Below are positions 1 through 8,846 of a stretch of 64,000 nt of DNA, one piece after another. Origin of the DNA: an uncultured Saprospiraceae bacterium (GTDB lineage Bacteria; Bacteroidota; Bacteroidia; Chitinophagales; Saprospiraceae); contig CALIEI010000053.1 of NCBI GenBank assembly GCA_938022165.1, forward strand, positions 2,111-66,110, given 5' to 3'. A program made the position numbers and the translations under genes. A model generated the notes under the pieces. The model was not told where the DNA came from, did not search any database, and saw only the letters and a list, made by a program, of their open reading frames with translations. Position 1 is the first letter of the stretch. Each line of letters opens with the position of its first letter.

Positions 1-1495
1 TTTCACGCGGTAACGTTCTACTGATGGTAGGTACATTTTGATACTCGTAGTCGTAGCGTGCGCCCAGATTAATTTGATATCTATGTTCGTTAAACACCAA
101 GGTCCCGAACGCTCCCGTACGCCAAGAACGGTAATCTGGAACAAGTGGTAATATGCCCGTCCCTGGTACATTGTCATTTTCTGTACCGATACTCTGAGTA
201 CCTAACTTGAGTATCCAATGCTCTTGAAACTCCTTTGTATATTTTAAGTCTGCATGAAAACTGGTTTGCAGTAAACTTAGTGCAGGGCGATTGTCTCGAT
301 CCCCTCTCCTGACATCAAATTCCTTGCGGTCATTGATCTGGCCTGCTATAACTAAGTCTAAGACTTGATGATCATCAATGAAATATTTTACTTGTGTTTT
401 TGCTAAGTGATGCGAAACGTCTTGTCTAGGATTCTCAATGCCATAGTTAAAATCTGGCTCTGTAAAAAATGGAATGTCTCGGTCTAAAGCTTGCTCTAGA
501 TCTGTTAGATTTCCAATATGAGAACCTCGCAGTACACCAATAATCGTATTAAATGTACTGGCATAAAAATTAAAGAAAATCCTCTTGCTCCAAGACTTTT
601 CTAGTTGTATGGAAAAGTTGGCTTCTTCCAAGCCTGTATTGTTTAAAAAATAATTTGGTGTTCTTCGATCACCGTATTTTTTGAGTGTGCCGTTGACCCT
701 CCATGCAACTATTGGGGAAAATTGTTCTAGGCGAGTATTTATGTTGTGCCCTCTCCCATTGGTTTCATAAGAATAATTAACCTGACCATGAAGGTGGTCT
801 TCTTTTTCGATGGGCTTGGGTTCTACAAGCACTGCACTCCCTAATGTAACACCTCCATATTCGATATTGCTGGCGCCTTTGAGTACGATCACTTTGTCTG
901 CTGCGTAGGGGTCTATCTCTGGGCTATGATCGTTGCCCCATTGTTGACCGCTTTGCACAATTCCGTTATTTAGGATGGTGAGCCTATTACCGAACAAGCC
1001 TTGCACAACTGGTTTGGCAATGCCCGTTCCATTTTTGATCAAGTGAACACCAGTTTGTCCTTCTAATAATCCGCCTAAATTTTTATTGGTATTGTCTTCT
1101 ATTGTTTGTCGGTTTACTGATTCACTGGCTTGATTGATAGACTCGCTGGTAAGGCCTTCAACAACAATCGTGTTGAGGGCATGGGGCATGTGCGCAAGTT
1201 CGATAGTAAGCGTGGTATCCCTTAAAATATCGATTCTCATTTTGATGGCTTCGCAACCAATGTGCGAAATATTGAGATGGAACTCGCCGGAACAAACTTG
1301 CTCTATTTTAAAATTACCTTGTTGATCAGTGATGGTACCAGCAGACATTTCCTGCACATAGATGTTCACGAACTCCAATGGAGTTCGTGAAACAGCATCT
1401 ATGATAGTTCCTTCGATAGTATGAGCACAATCTTGAGCCCATAAATTTATTTGTCCTAGTAGAACTAGAATTGCTATGTAGCTTATTTTATTCAA
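1..1495 (-). CDS. TonB-dependent receptor, N-terminal ~498 codons (C-terminus lies beyond the window start)
   Basis: Not in the ORF track because it has no ATG. My own minus-strand translation is open from 1495 to position 1. It starts with a signal-like MNKISYIAILVLLGQINLWAQ (TTG at 1493-1495, overlapping the upstream stop as TTGAATAA). A CarboxypepD_reg-like segment follows (GTIIDAVSRTPLEFVNIYV..DQQGNFKIE), then a plug-like segment (NLGGLLEGQTGVHLIKNGTGIAKPVVQGLFGNRLTILNNGIVQSG). Confidence 0.8.
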   Translation of the reverse strand, partial: MNKISYIAILVLLGQINLWAQDCAHTIEGTIIDAVSRTPLEFVNIYVQEMSAGTITDQQGNFKIEQVCSGEFHLNISHIGCEAIKMRIDILRDTTLTIELAHMPHALNTIVVEGLTSESINQASESVNRQTIEDNTNKNLGGLLEGQTGVHLIKNGTGIAKPVVQGLFGNRLTILNNGIVQSGQQWGNDHSPEIDPYAADKVIVLKGASNIEYGGVTLGSAVLVEPKPIEKEDHLHGQVNYSYETNGRGHNINTRLEQFSPIVAWRVNGTLKKYGDRRTPNYFLNNTGLEEANFSIQLEKSWSKRIFFNFYASTFNTIIGVLRGSHIGNLTDLEQALDRDIPFFTEPDFNYGIENPRQDVSHHLAKTQVKYFIDDHQVLDLVIAGQINDRKEFDVRRGDRDNRPALSLLQTSFHADLKYTKEFQEHWILKLGTQSIGTENDNVPGTGILPLVPDYRSWRTGAFGTLVFNEHRYQINLGARYDYEYQNVPTISRTLPRE

Positions 1496-2048
1496 CTCGT
1501 ACAGTAAATTCTACTTCTATATCAGTCTCGCCTCCTGCGTTATCCTTATTTCCATCGGACACACCTTCTGCGCCTTTGTTAGGTTCATGCCTTAAGGTAA
1601 TCGTAAGTGTACCGATGCCTACATCACCAGTGGTCAATGTGGTGGCTAGACCGAGCGGATTACCTTCAGAATCTTCATCTGCATAGGTAACGTTCAGACC
1701 TGGCAGATCTGATTCAAAAAAGAACTGATGATCTAAGTCTTCTTCTCTAACTTCTTCTGCAATATCTAGTGGAGGCATTACAGTTGCATCTAACAAGCTT
1801 ATGCTACCAGTGTAAGTTTCATTGGCGCTAACATTAGCGTTAGTAATGTCAGGTTCGACTCCTCCATCTCCATCTAAATCTAGAAAACTAAAAGTGACTA
1901 CTTCACCTGTAGAACTTGTTAAAGTGTAAGAAAGGTTAGTAATTAATTCTACTGGCATTGGAATTTTTGGATCGTCATCATCACCGCATGAAAAAGTACC
2001 CAAGGCTAAGATTGCTCCGATAAATAATAATAGATTCGATTTCTTCAT
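1488..2048 (-). CDS. small lipoprotein co-transcribed with the TonB-dependent receptor (function unknown)
   Basis: Lipoprotein signal MKKSNLLLFIGAILALGTFSCG with a lipobox Cys. The mature part is acidic. Its stop overlaps the putative TTG start of the downstream receptor. Confidence 0.7.
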   Translation of the reverse strand: MKKSNLLLFIGAILALGTFSCGDDDDPKIPMPVELITNLSYTLTSSTGEVVTFSFLDLDGDGGVEPDITNANVSANETYTGSISLLDATVMPPLDIAEEVREEDLDHQFFFESDLPGLNVTYADEDSEGNPLGLATTLTTGDVGIGTLTITLRHEPNKGAEGVSDGNKDNAGGETDIEVEFTVRVE

Positions 2049-2371
2049 TTTCTGTTTTAATTTTTATTCTGTTTATAATTCAACAGAAGCAAAGGTAATA
2101 TCTTATTGCAACATTGTTGCATTTAGGGTGATTATTTTTCATGTGACTATCGGGTAGTAATCATATATACAATTAACTTAATTTGTAAAAAACTGAATTA
2201 GAATGGATTAAATCAATCGTTTCATTTTTTCTGAGATAAAAAAGAATTGATATTGAGCCAATCACAAATCAACTCTTGGTAAACACCGCTAGGCTTGGAT
2301 CTGTTTTTAAACCTGAATATTATTATTTGAAGAGCAAGATTAGACTTAGGTGGGTAAGGCAAATATTTTAC

Positions 2372-3220
2372 TTAGTGATAGTAATAACGTTTTACGGCAG
2401 CTAGTTTACCATGTATAATTTCTCTTTCTTCTTTGATAAGACCATTGCCTAGGTAGTCTATTTCTCTTTCAACTATATCTCTTGGTAATAAGATTTGACG
2501 TCCTTTTACACCAATTATTTTTTGCTTACAGCAAGAATAAACTTTTGAATAATCTAATTCTTGATTTTCGTTGTAACGATATTCTGCAACTAGCCCTCTT
2601 CGTTTACGGCCTTTTATTTTTCGAACAACAAACACCTTTGACTTTTTACCATAAGGGGTATAATAGATTCTAAATTTATTTTTCTTATTTAATTTTGTAA
2701 GTACTTCATTCAATCTTCCATGGCCATTATATTTATAGCTTTCTGTTCCAATCAACTCTCCGTTAATCACCCATTTTTGTTTACTTAGCTGATTATCCTT
2801 ATTGTACTCCAAAGTATTAAGCGCTTCTAATTTATCCTTTTCGATATTATAACTCTCTGAACTAATTTGTTGATTATTTTCATTGTATTTATAGATTGTT
2901 TTAGATCTTAAGATTTTTTCATCTCCTAAATATGTATTCCTGATGCTTAGGGTCGTGTCATTATCGTATTGGTATTCATAAATGCTCCCAATATTCTTGT
3001 CGTCCGTATAATCCGCATATATAATAATATCAAGAGGTAAACCCGCTTTATTAAAATTCCGCTCGACCGTTAATACCGAGTCCTTTAGCACTTGACCATC
3101 TTCAATAGTGTAATTGTAACATTTGACTTGTGCAATATTATTCAACTGTATCATCTCAGGCGGATTGCCCTCGTAATGCGAAAGTGTATTGAACAGAAAA
3201 AAGAAAAGAATATAGTTCAT
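2372..3220 (-). CDS. secreted protein with YD/RHS-like repeats
   Basis: The ORF track runs to 3232 with a GTG start; the ATG at 3220 gives the signal peptide MNYILFFFLFNTL. Repeated YxYxxxG motifs are present (YEYQYDNDTT, YKYNENNQ, YKYNGHGRLNE, YRYNENQELDY) and resemble the YD-repeat consensus YxYDxxGRL. Confidence 0.55.
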   Translation of the reverse strand: MNYILFFFLFNTLSHYEGNPPEMIQLNNIAQVKCYNYTIEDGQVLKDSVLTVERNFNKAGLPLDIIIYADYTDDKNIGSIYEYQYDNDTTLSIRNTYLGDEKILRSKTIYKYNENNQQISSESYNIEKDKLEALNTLEYNKDNQLSKQKWVINGELIGTESYKYNGHGRLNEVLTKLNKKNKFRIYYTPYGKKSKVFVVRKIKGRKRRGLVAEYRYNENQELDYSKVYSCCKQKIIGVKGRQILLPRDIVEREIDYLGNGLIKEEREIIHGKLAAVKRYYYH

Positions 3221-3390
3221 TGTTTCGATCACTTATACTCATCGGGAGTAATGGAAACTTTAGTTATGAATTCTCCATTAACATCGTTATAGTAATAGTC
3301 CATTATAACATTGTTATCTCTAAACGCTTTCATATCGGGACTCGTTTTTACAATATTTATCATTCTTGGTTCAATCTCTTTTTCTAATGC

Positions 3391-3660
3391 TTAAACATCT
3401 AATTCATCAACAATCCCATTTATAAATGTATAATTGTACCGAAATACATTATTGGGTAAAGCAGTTGTATTGTCTAACCTAGTTTCACTATCGACCATCA
3501 TTGGACAAGTCTTATTTATTTCACTTGCTATCTTCATTAAAGACTTATCAAGTGAAGGTGGGGCGAATAAGAACTGTTTTACTAAGATATAAGCGAGCAT
3601 GCCGACTATTACTCCTACGATAGTCATGACTTGGCTCTTTTTTTTGTTTTCATTTTCCAT
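3391..3660 (-). CDS. small membrane-anchored protein; appears truncated by an in-frame TAA (see findings)
   Basis: The 89-aa ORF has an N-terminal TM helix (VMTIVGVIVGMLAYILV). The same reading frame stays open after the stop codon for 53 more codons, down to a TGA at 3229-3231. Confidence 0.55.
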   Translation of the reverse strand: MENENKKKSQVMTIVGVIVGMLAYILVKQFLFAPPSLDKSLMKIASEINKTCPMMVDSETRLDNTTALPNNVFRYNYTFINGIVDELDV

Positions 3661-3840
3661 TAGAAATATATTTTAGCACGTCCAATGTAATAACCTATTC
3701 ATCCTAAGATGCATTTTTGCGTGGCAATTTACGTGTCTATGGTTATCTAGTTTCCACTGTAGACTTTAATTCAATTTTGAAATTAAAGATATAAAAGTAA
3801 GTTGGAACTAACTGTTAATAATAGATTGCACTCTACTATT

Positions 3841-3990
3841 CACCCCAATTGGTAAATACAAGGCGTGGGCGTATAGCCCAAAGCCCTACAAGGCTAAAGG
3901 ATCGGCGCGGTATACCCTATTGCTTAGGATGGAGGCGCATGCAAGGGTGTAGGAGCAGAGAGCCTGACACCAGCACATTATTTTTCTTCA
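3841..3990. repeat. GC-rich intergenic island (member of a dispersed word-sharing family)
   Basis: This is a locally GC-rich stretch in an AT-rich intergenic region. It shares GCGTGGGCGT with 22885-22895. The only ORF here (3849..4031) is Arg/Gly/Pro-rich and implausible as a gene. Confidence 0.5.
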
Positions 3991-4056
3991 AAAAAATGTG
4001 CGCAGTGATCGCCCCTAATAAAAATAATTAAATCGAAAGAGCATATCTTACTATAT

Positions 4057-5025
4057 CTAAATATGTTTACTTACAAACTTTGTGACTTGATGTTCGGACC
4101 ATAGCATACCGTTTCTATTGTCTCCAGAAAAGCCTACATGACCTCCATACTTTGGAGCTAGAAAATAAAAGTTTGGATGATGCTCAGCGATGGCATAAGG
4201 ATAACAGGCGTCTCCTAAAAAACTGTCATCTTGTGCAGAAAGTAAGAGCGTCGGAATATTTACTTTAGACAAGCCAGGCAAGCTGCTGCAAGTCTCCCAA
4301 TAGTGTGTAGCGCTATCAAATCCATTTACCTTAGCGGTAAACCAGTGGTCAAATTCTTGAAAATTTCGTGCAGAAAGTAGCTGATCATAATCCATATCTG
4401 CCAGCAACATATCTTTTTTGAGTCGGACCTTTTCACGAAGATTATGCAAGAAGCGACGCATGTAAATAAGGTTGCGCGGCTCTCCAATTTGAATAGCGCA
4501 GGAGGTCAAGTCTACCGGTGCAGAGACTCCAATAGCTACCTTTATTCTCGGATGTATTTGATCAGCATGGTCTCCGGTGTATTTGAGAACAATATTACCA
4601 CCTAGTGAAAATCCAAGGATAACAATTTCCTTATAAGACATACTTTGTAAAACATAGTCTATCACTGATTGTAGATCCTCCGTACTACCCGAATGATAGG
4701 TCTTCAACATACGGTTGGGCTCTCCACTACAGCCTCGCAAATTTACACGTATGCTATCAAAGCCTATCTGATGAAATGCACGCGCCATACCACGCATGTA
4801 AGGTCGATCAGCAGCTCCTTCTAAACCATGTAATATGATAACTACTCGATCATGTTGCTGATAACTACAATCCAAATCCATAAAATCACCATCAGCCAAT
4901 TCTAATCTGTGACGAATGGAATCGAAGCTTGGCACCCTACGAAATAATGCTGTGCTTATAGTATTGAAATGTGCAAACCGATGGAGCAGACTGGGTCTAA
5001 AATCTACCTCTTGGATGTTGGGCAT
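4057..5025 (-). CDS. alpha/beta-fold hydrolase (YheT-like)
   Basis: GxSxG nucleophile elbow GFSLGGN, an HGLEG oxyanion region, and a length of about 320 aa typical of the YheT/ABHD1-3 type. Confidence 0.8.
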   Translation of the reverse strand: MPNIQEVDFRPSLLHRFAHFNTISTALFRRVPSFDSIRHRLELADGDFMDLDCSYQQHDRVVIILHGLEGAADRPYMRGMARAFHQIGFDSIRVNLRGCSGEPNRMLKTYHSGSTEDLQSVIDYVLQSMSYKEIVILGFSLGGNIVLKYTGDHADQIHPRIKVAIGVSAPVDLTSCAIQIGEPRNLIYMRRFLHNLREKVRLKKDMLLADMDYDQLLSARNFQEFDHWFTAKVNGFDSATHYWETCSSLPGLSKVNIPTLLLSAQDDSFLGDACYPYAIAEHHPNFYFLAPKYGGHVGFSGDNRNGMLWSEHQVTKFVSKHI

Positions 5026-5033
5026 AGTTTGCT

Positions 5034-6326
5034 TTAGTTCATTTCTGACTTATAAACAACACCGTCCTTCATCACAAAAAGTACATTCCCCATTTGTGTC
5101 ATGTCCTCTAATGTATTGTCAGGAACAGCGATGATGTCCGCTAACTTTCCTGCCGTGATGGTGCCTAATTTATCTGTAGTACCCATCACTTCAGTAGGCA
5201 CTCGTGTAGCAGAAATTATGGCTTCTATAGCCGGCATACCTACTTCTGTCATATAGACAAATTCATACGCATTTTCACCGTGTGGAAAAACGCCTGCGTC
5301 TGTTCCAAAGCAAATCTTGACGCCACGCTTATATGCTTTGCCAAAGGTCTCTTGGATAAGTGGACCCATTTCTAAAGCTTTCGGGACAACTACTTCTGGA
5401 AAAAATCCTTTAATCTTGGCTTTCTTTTCTACGTACTTGCCTGCAGAAATAGTAGGCACTAGATAAGTGCCTTTTTTGATCATGAGATCCATTATTTCTT
5501 CGTTCATTTTGGTGCCATGTTCTATAGTAGTGATCCCTGCTTTCACAGCACGCTTCATCCCTTCGACTCCGTGCGCATGTGCCGCAGTGACATAGCCATA
5601 CTCATTAGCTGCCTCCACAATGGCTTCTAATTCGGCATCTGAAAACTGAGGCCCTTGCCCGTCTTTCGCTACACTTAGTACACCACCCGTAGCCGTTATC
5701 TTGATACAATCTGCTCCATTTTTGTAGCGCTGTCTCACTGCTTTGCGCGCTTCCTCGGGAGAGTTGATAACGCCTTCTTTTGGTCCAGGGTCACCGACTA
5801 GATCTTTTCGCAATCCATTGGTCGGATCTGCATGCCCTCCAGTGGTTGCAATGGCTTTTTCTGCTGTCAAAATCCTAGGGCCAACAATATGTCCTTTGGC
5901 AATGGCATTGCCAAGTGATACATTAACGCCTGATCCTCCTAGATCACGCACGGATGTAAATCCAGCCATCAATGTTTTGCGACAATAAGTAGTTGCTTTC
6001 AGGGCAACATCAGCTTCGTTCAAACGAAATCCTTCCTCATATCGCTTAGGGCTCGATTGGTGTTCAATATGGACATGCATATCATGCAGTCCTGGCATCA
6101 CCAATTGTTCTTTCAAATCAATCACCGTTGCATCTGCTTCTGAAGGGTCAGTATATCCATTTTGAATATCCATGATTTTCTTACCCTCAATAACAATCGT
6201 TTTTTCTTTTTGTACTTTTTCGTTTTCTGCGGTGATCAATTGCCCGCAGTGCAGATATGTTTTTTGAGCTTGGAGAAAGGTAAAGCAGGTACCTAATAAA
6301 AAAGTAATGGCTAATAATCTTTTCAT
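5034..6326 (-). CDS. secreted metal-dependent amidohydrolase family protein
   Basis: Signal peptide MKRLLAITFLLGTCFTFLQAQ. HxH metal motif PGLHDMHVHIEH, later AAHAHG and GTDAG motifs typical of the amidohydrolase superfamily. Confidence 0.8.
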   Translation of the reverse strand: MKRLLAITFLLGTCFTFLQAQKTYLHCGQLITAENEKVQKEKTIVIEGKKIMDIQNGYTDPSEADATVIDLKEQLVMPGLHDMHVHIEHQSSPKRYEEGFRLNEADVALKATTYCRKTLMAGFTSVRDLGGSGVNVSLGNAIAKGHIVGPRILTAEKAIATTGGHADPTNGLRKDLVGDPGPKEGVINSPEEARKAVRQRYKNGADCIKITATGGVLSVAKDGQGPQFSDAELEAIVEAANEYGYVTAAHAHGVEGMKRAVKAGITTIEHGTKMNEEIMDLMIKKGTYLVPTISAGKYVEKKAKIKGFFPEVVVPKALEMGPLIQETFGKAYKRGVKICFGTDAGVFPHGENAYEFVYMTEVGMPAIEAIISATRVPTEVMGTTDKLGTITAGKLADIIAVPDNTLEDMTQMGNVLFVMKDGVVYKSEMN

Positions 6327-7189
6327 ATCAATTCGGATTTTGGCTTGTGTTGTTCTAATTGTAAAAATAGTTTTATCGTTTCCATTGCAGGAGCAACGTC
6401 ATGAACACGTAGAATTTTTGCGCCTTGTCGTAGCGCTTCAAAGTTGAGAACTGATGTACCATTGAGCGCCTCAGCAGCACTTTGATCTAACACTTTATAG
6501 ATCATTGATTTTCTGGATAGTCCAGCTAATATAGGCCAATCTAGCATTTTAAAAATGTGCATTTTTTGCAACAGTTCATAATTGTGGTCGATTGTTTTTC
6601 CAAAGCCAAATCCTGGATCTAAGATCACGTCATGTAAGCCGAGTTCAACTAGCTTAGCTGTTTTTGCAATAAAATAGTCTAAGACCTCTTGTGTTACATC
6701 TTTATATTGAGGATCAGATTGCATATCAGAAGGTGTCCCTTTTATGTGCATTAATACATATGGGATTTCTTTTAGTCCTGCTACTGTTTCGTACATTTTA
6801 TCATCGAGACTGCCGCCTGATATATCATTTATCATAGCGGCTCCTTCTTGTACACAAATTCGGGCCACTCCTGCCCTAAAGGTATCAATAGAAATGATTG
6901 CATCGGGAAATTCTTTTACTATAGCTCTTACTATAGGCAATAGTCTAGCTAGTTCTACTTCTTCATTGTGCAAGTCTGCTCCTGGTCTAGTGGAGATGGC
7001 TCCAATGTCTAGAATGGTAGCCCCTTCTGACAACATTTGTTCGGCTTTTTTCAATGCACTGACAAGTTTGTCATGCTGACCACCGTCATAAAATGAATCA
7101 GGGGTAAGGTTGAGTATCCCCATCACAATCGGTCTTTCAAGACTGACTAATCTGCCGGCACAATTGAGCGTAAGATGAGGATTGAACAT
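6323..7189 (-). CDS. folP: dihydropteroate synthase
   Basis: Pterin-binding motifs MGILNLTPDSFYDGG, ILDIGAISTRPGA and DPGFGFGK. The ORF track extends to a TTG at 7228; the ATG at 7189 is preferred. The 3' end overlaps the next gene by 4 nt. Confidence 0.9.
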   Translation of the reverse strand: MFNPHLTLNCAGRLVSLERPIVMGILNLTPDSFYDGGQHDKLVSALKKAEQMLSEGATILDIGAISTRPGADLHNEEVELARLLPIVRAIVKEFPDAIISIDTFRAGVARICVQEGAAMINDISGGSLDDKMYETVAGLKEIPYVLMHIKGTPSDMQSDPQYKDVTQEVLDYFIAKTAKLVELGLHDVILDPGFGFGKTIDHNYELLQKMHIFKMLDWPILAGLSRKSMIYKVLDQSAAEALNGTSVLNFEALRQGAKILRVHDVAPAMETIKLFLQLEQHKPKSELI

Positions 7190-7487
7190 AAAATATTTAT
7201 TGGCTGTTTTCAGGCCTAAGGTAAGCAATTATTGAGTATGCTCAATGTCTTTAATTTAGTTTTGGCAAGTAGCCAAAATCAAATAAATGGGTCATATGTC
7301 AAGGTCTTTTGCTCAGGACATTGGAAGGCCACTCAATGATTTTTGCGGACGATCAAAAATAGAGAGGGTTTCACTTTTCAAGAATCGAAAATAGCAACTA
7401 TCTTATTACATATAAATTATAACAAATCCATATCCATACTTCCCTGAATTTGTGTATCTTGCGTTCATAAACAGCAAATTTAATAGC

Positions 7488-8708
7488 ATGTTTGGCAGAA
7501 ATAATGAACGCGCATCTCGTGAAGAACCACCTTCATTTTTGAGATCTCTTTTAACTCTTGTTATCGCAGGTGTTTTCCTTTTCTTTGGATACAATCACTA
7601 TAAAAAAGTTACTACTGGAAGTAGTGGCAGTGGTGGGATCACGGACATCTTTACGCCCAAAGGCGGAAGCTATCAAAAGAAAGACTTCAAAGTAAAATAT
7701 CGACCTACTGATTTTACCTACAAAATCGATGATGAGTATACACTAAAGCTCTTATCTGATCCTAGTAATAATAGAAAAGAGTTCAATAACTTTTTGTACG
7801 AATACAATATGGCGCTCATCAACCATATGGGTAAACGGATGGGCTTCACTGACAGTTTGATGATCAGTGCAAGAGACCGATATAATGATCACCATGCCTA
7901 TGTCAAGGATTTGTACTATAAAGATTTTATGCGTTTGCGAACAGGCGCTAACAAAGCGAGCGACACTTGGTATCGACAAGATCATACCAAAGCTGTTGAG
8001 GCATTTAATGAGGTGAGTTCCAAATACACTTGTTTTATAGTAAATCACATCCTAACTAGTATACTAGAAACAAAAGATGGTTACTTAAAAGTTGAAGGTA
8101 GAAACATAAATGAACCATGTACAATTGCTTTGAATGAAGGTATCTCTCCGATGATAAAACGCTTAAAAGAACAAGCCGTAATTGATGATTTCGCTAGATC
8201 GAGAGGAATGCTTTCAGAAAAAGTGGAAAATACCATTTCTGAATTAGCGACCATGGAGGTTAGAGATAAAAAAGGACTCAAGCGTAAATTGCAATCGCAG
8301 GTCATGGGCTATAATGTTTCTTCTACAGAAATAGATATTTCAGCCATCAGTATTTTAAAAGCTGGATTCAAACTAGATAAGTATTTTGATATCAAGATGT
8401 ATCAGCAGAGTAAGAAACTAATTGTAACGCTTCCTCAACCTCAAATTCTATCTCATGAGGTGTACCCTAGAGTAGATAAATTGGATGTAGGATGGATGAG
8501 AAGTATATCTGATGCTGACTTTAATGAGAATTTTAACCTTTTAAGGGAACAATTTAGAAAAGAAGCGGTAAATTCAGATATTTACACTAAGTCCAAAACA
8601 AAAGTTAAGGACATACTCCACATCCTTTTAAGCCCTTTATTATCAGACGGTTACAACTTAGAAGTTAAGTTTGAAGGAAATACTTCTCGAATTGAATTAA
8701 GAAATTGA
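7488..8708 (+). CDS. membrane-anchored protein with a DUF4230-like C-terminal region
   Basis: The ATG at 7488 gives MFGRNNERAS followed by a TM helix (LLTLVIAGVFLFFGY); the track start at 7452 is a GTG. The C-terminal segment ISILKAGFKLDKYFDIKMYQQSKKLIVTLPQPQILSHEV resembles the DUF4230 pattern. Confidence 0.55.
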   Translation: MFGRNNERASREEPPSFLRSLLTLVIAGVFLFFGYNHYKKVTTGSSGSGGITDIFTPKGGSYQKKDFKVKYRPTDFTYKIDDEYTLKLLSDPSNNRKEFNNFLYEYNMALINHMGKRMGFTDSLMISARDRYNDHHAYVKDLYYKDFMRLRTGANKASDTWYRQDHTKAVEAFNEVSSKYTCFIVNHILTSILETKDGYLKVEGRNINEPCTIALNEGISPMIKRLKEQAVIDDFARSRGMLSEKVENTISELATMEVRDKKGLKRKLQSQVMGYNVSSTEIDISAISILKAGFKLDKYFDIKMYQQSKKLIVTLPQPQILSHEVYPRVDKLDVGWMRSISDADFNENFNLLREQFRKEAVNSDIYTKSKTKVKDILHILLSPLLSDGYNLEVKFEGNTSRIELRN

Positions 8709-8846
8709 TGGTTTCTTCACGGAAGCACACTGTTAATAACAGCTTGGTGGCATTTCTTGGCAAGAATATGGATGCATTTTAAATAAAAAACCTAGCCCCC
8801 TGATAGAATTAGTAAGAAAAAGCTTGATGGGCGCAAAATTGTAAAG

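Noticed and set aside
1134-1686. Plus-strand ORFs 1134..1325 and 1471..1686.
   Set aside because: They lie opposite the TonB-dependent receptor and lipoprotein reading frames, which carry recognisable domain motifs on the minus strand.
3849-4031. 60-aa plus-strand ORF (MVNTRRGRIAQSPTRLKDRRG..).
   Set aside because: It lies in a GC-rich intergenic island and has an Arg/Gly-rich, low-complexity translation. It shares words with the other islands, so it is treated as a repeat rather than a gene.
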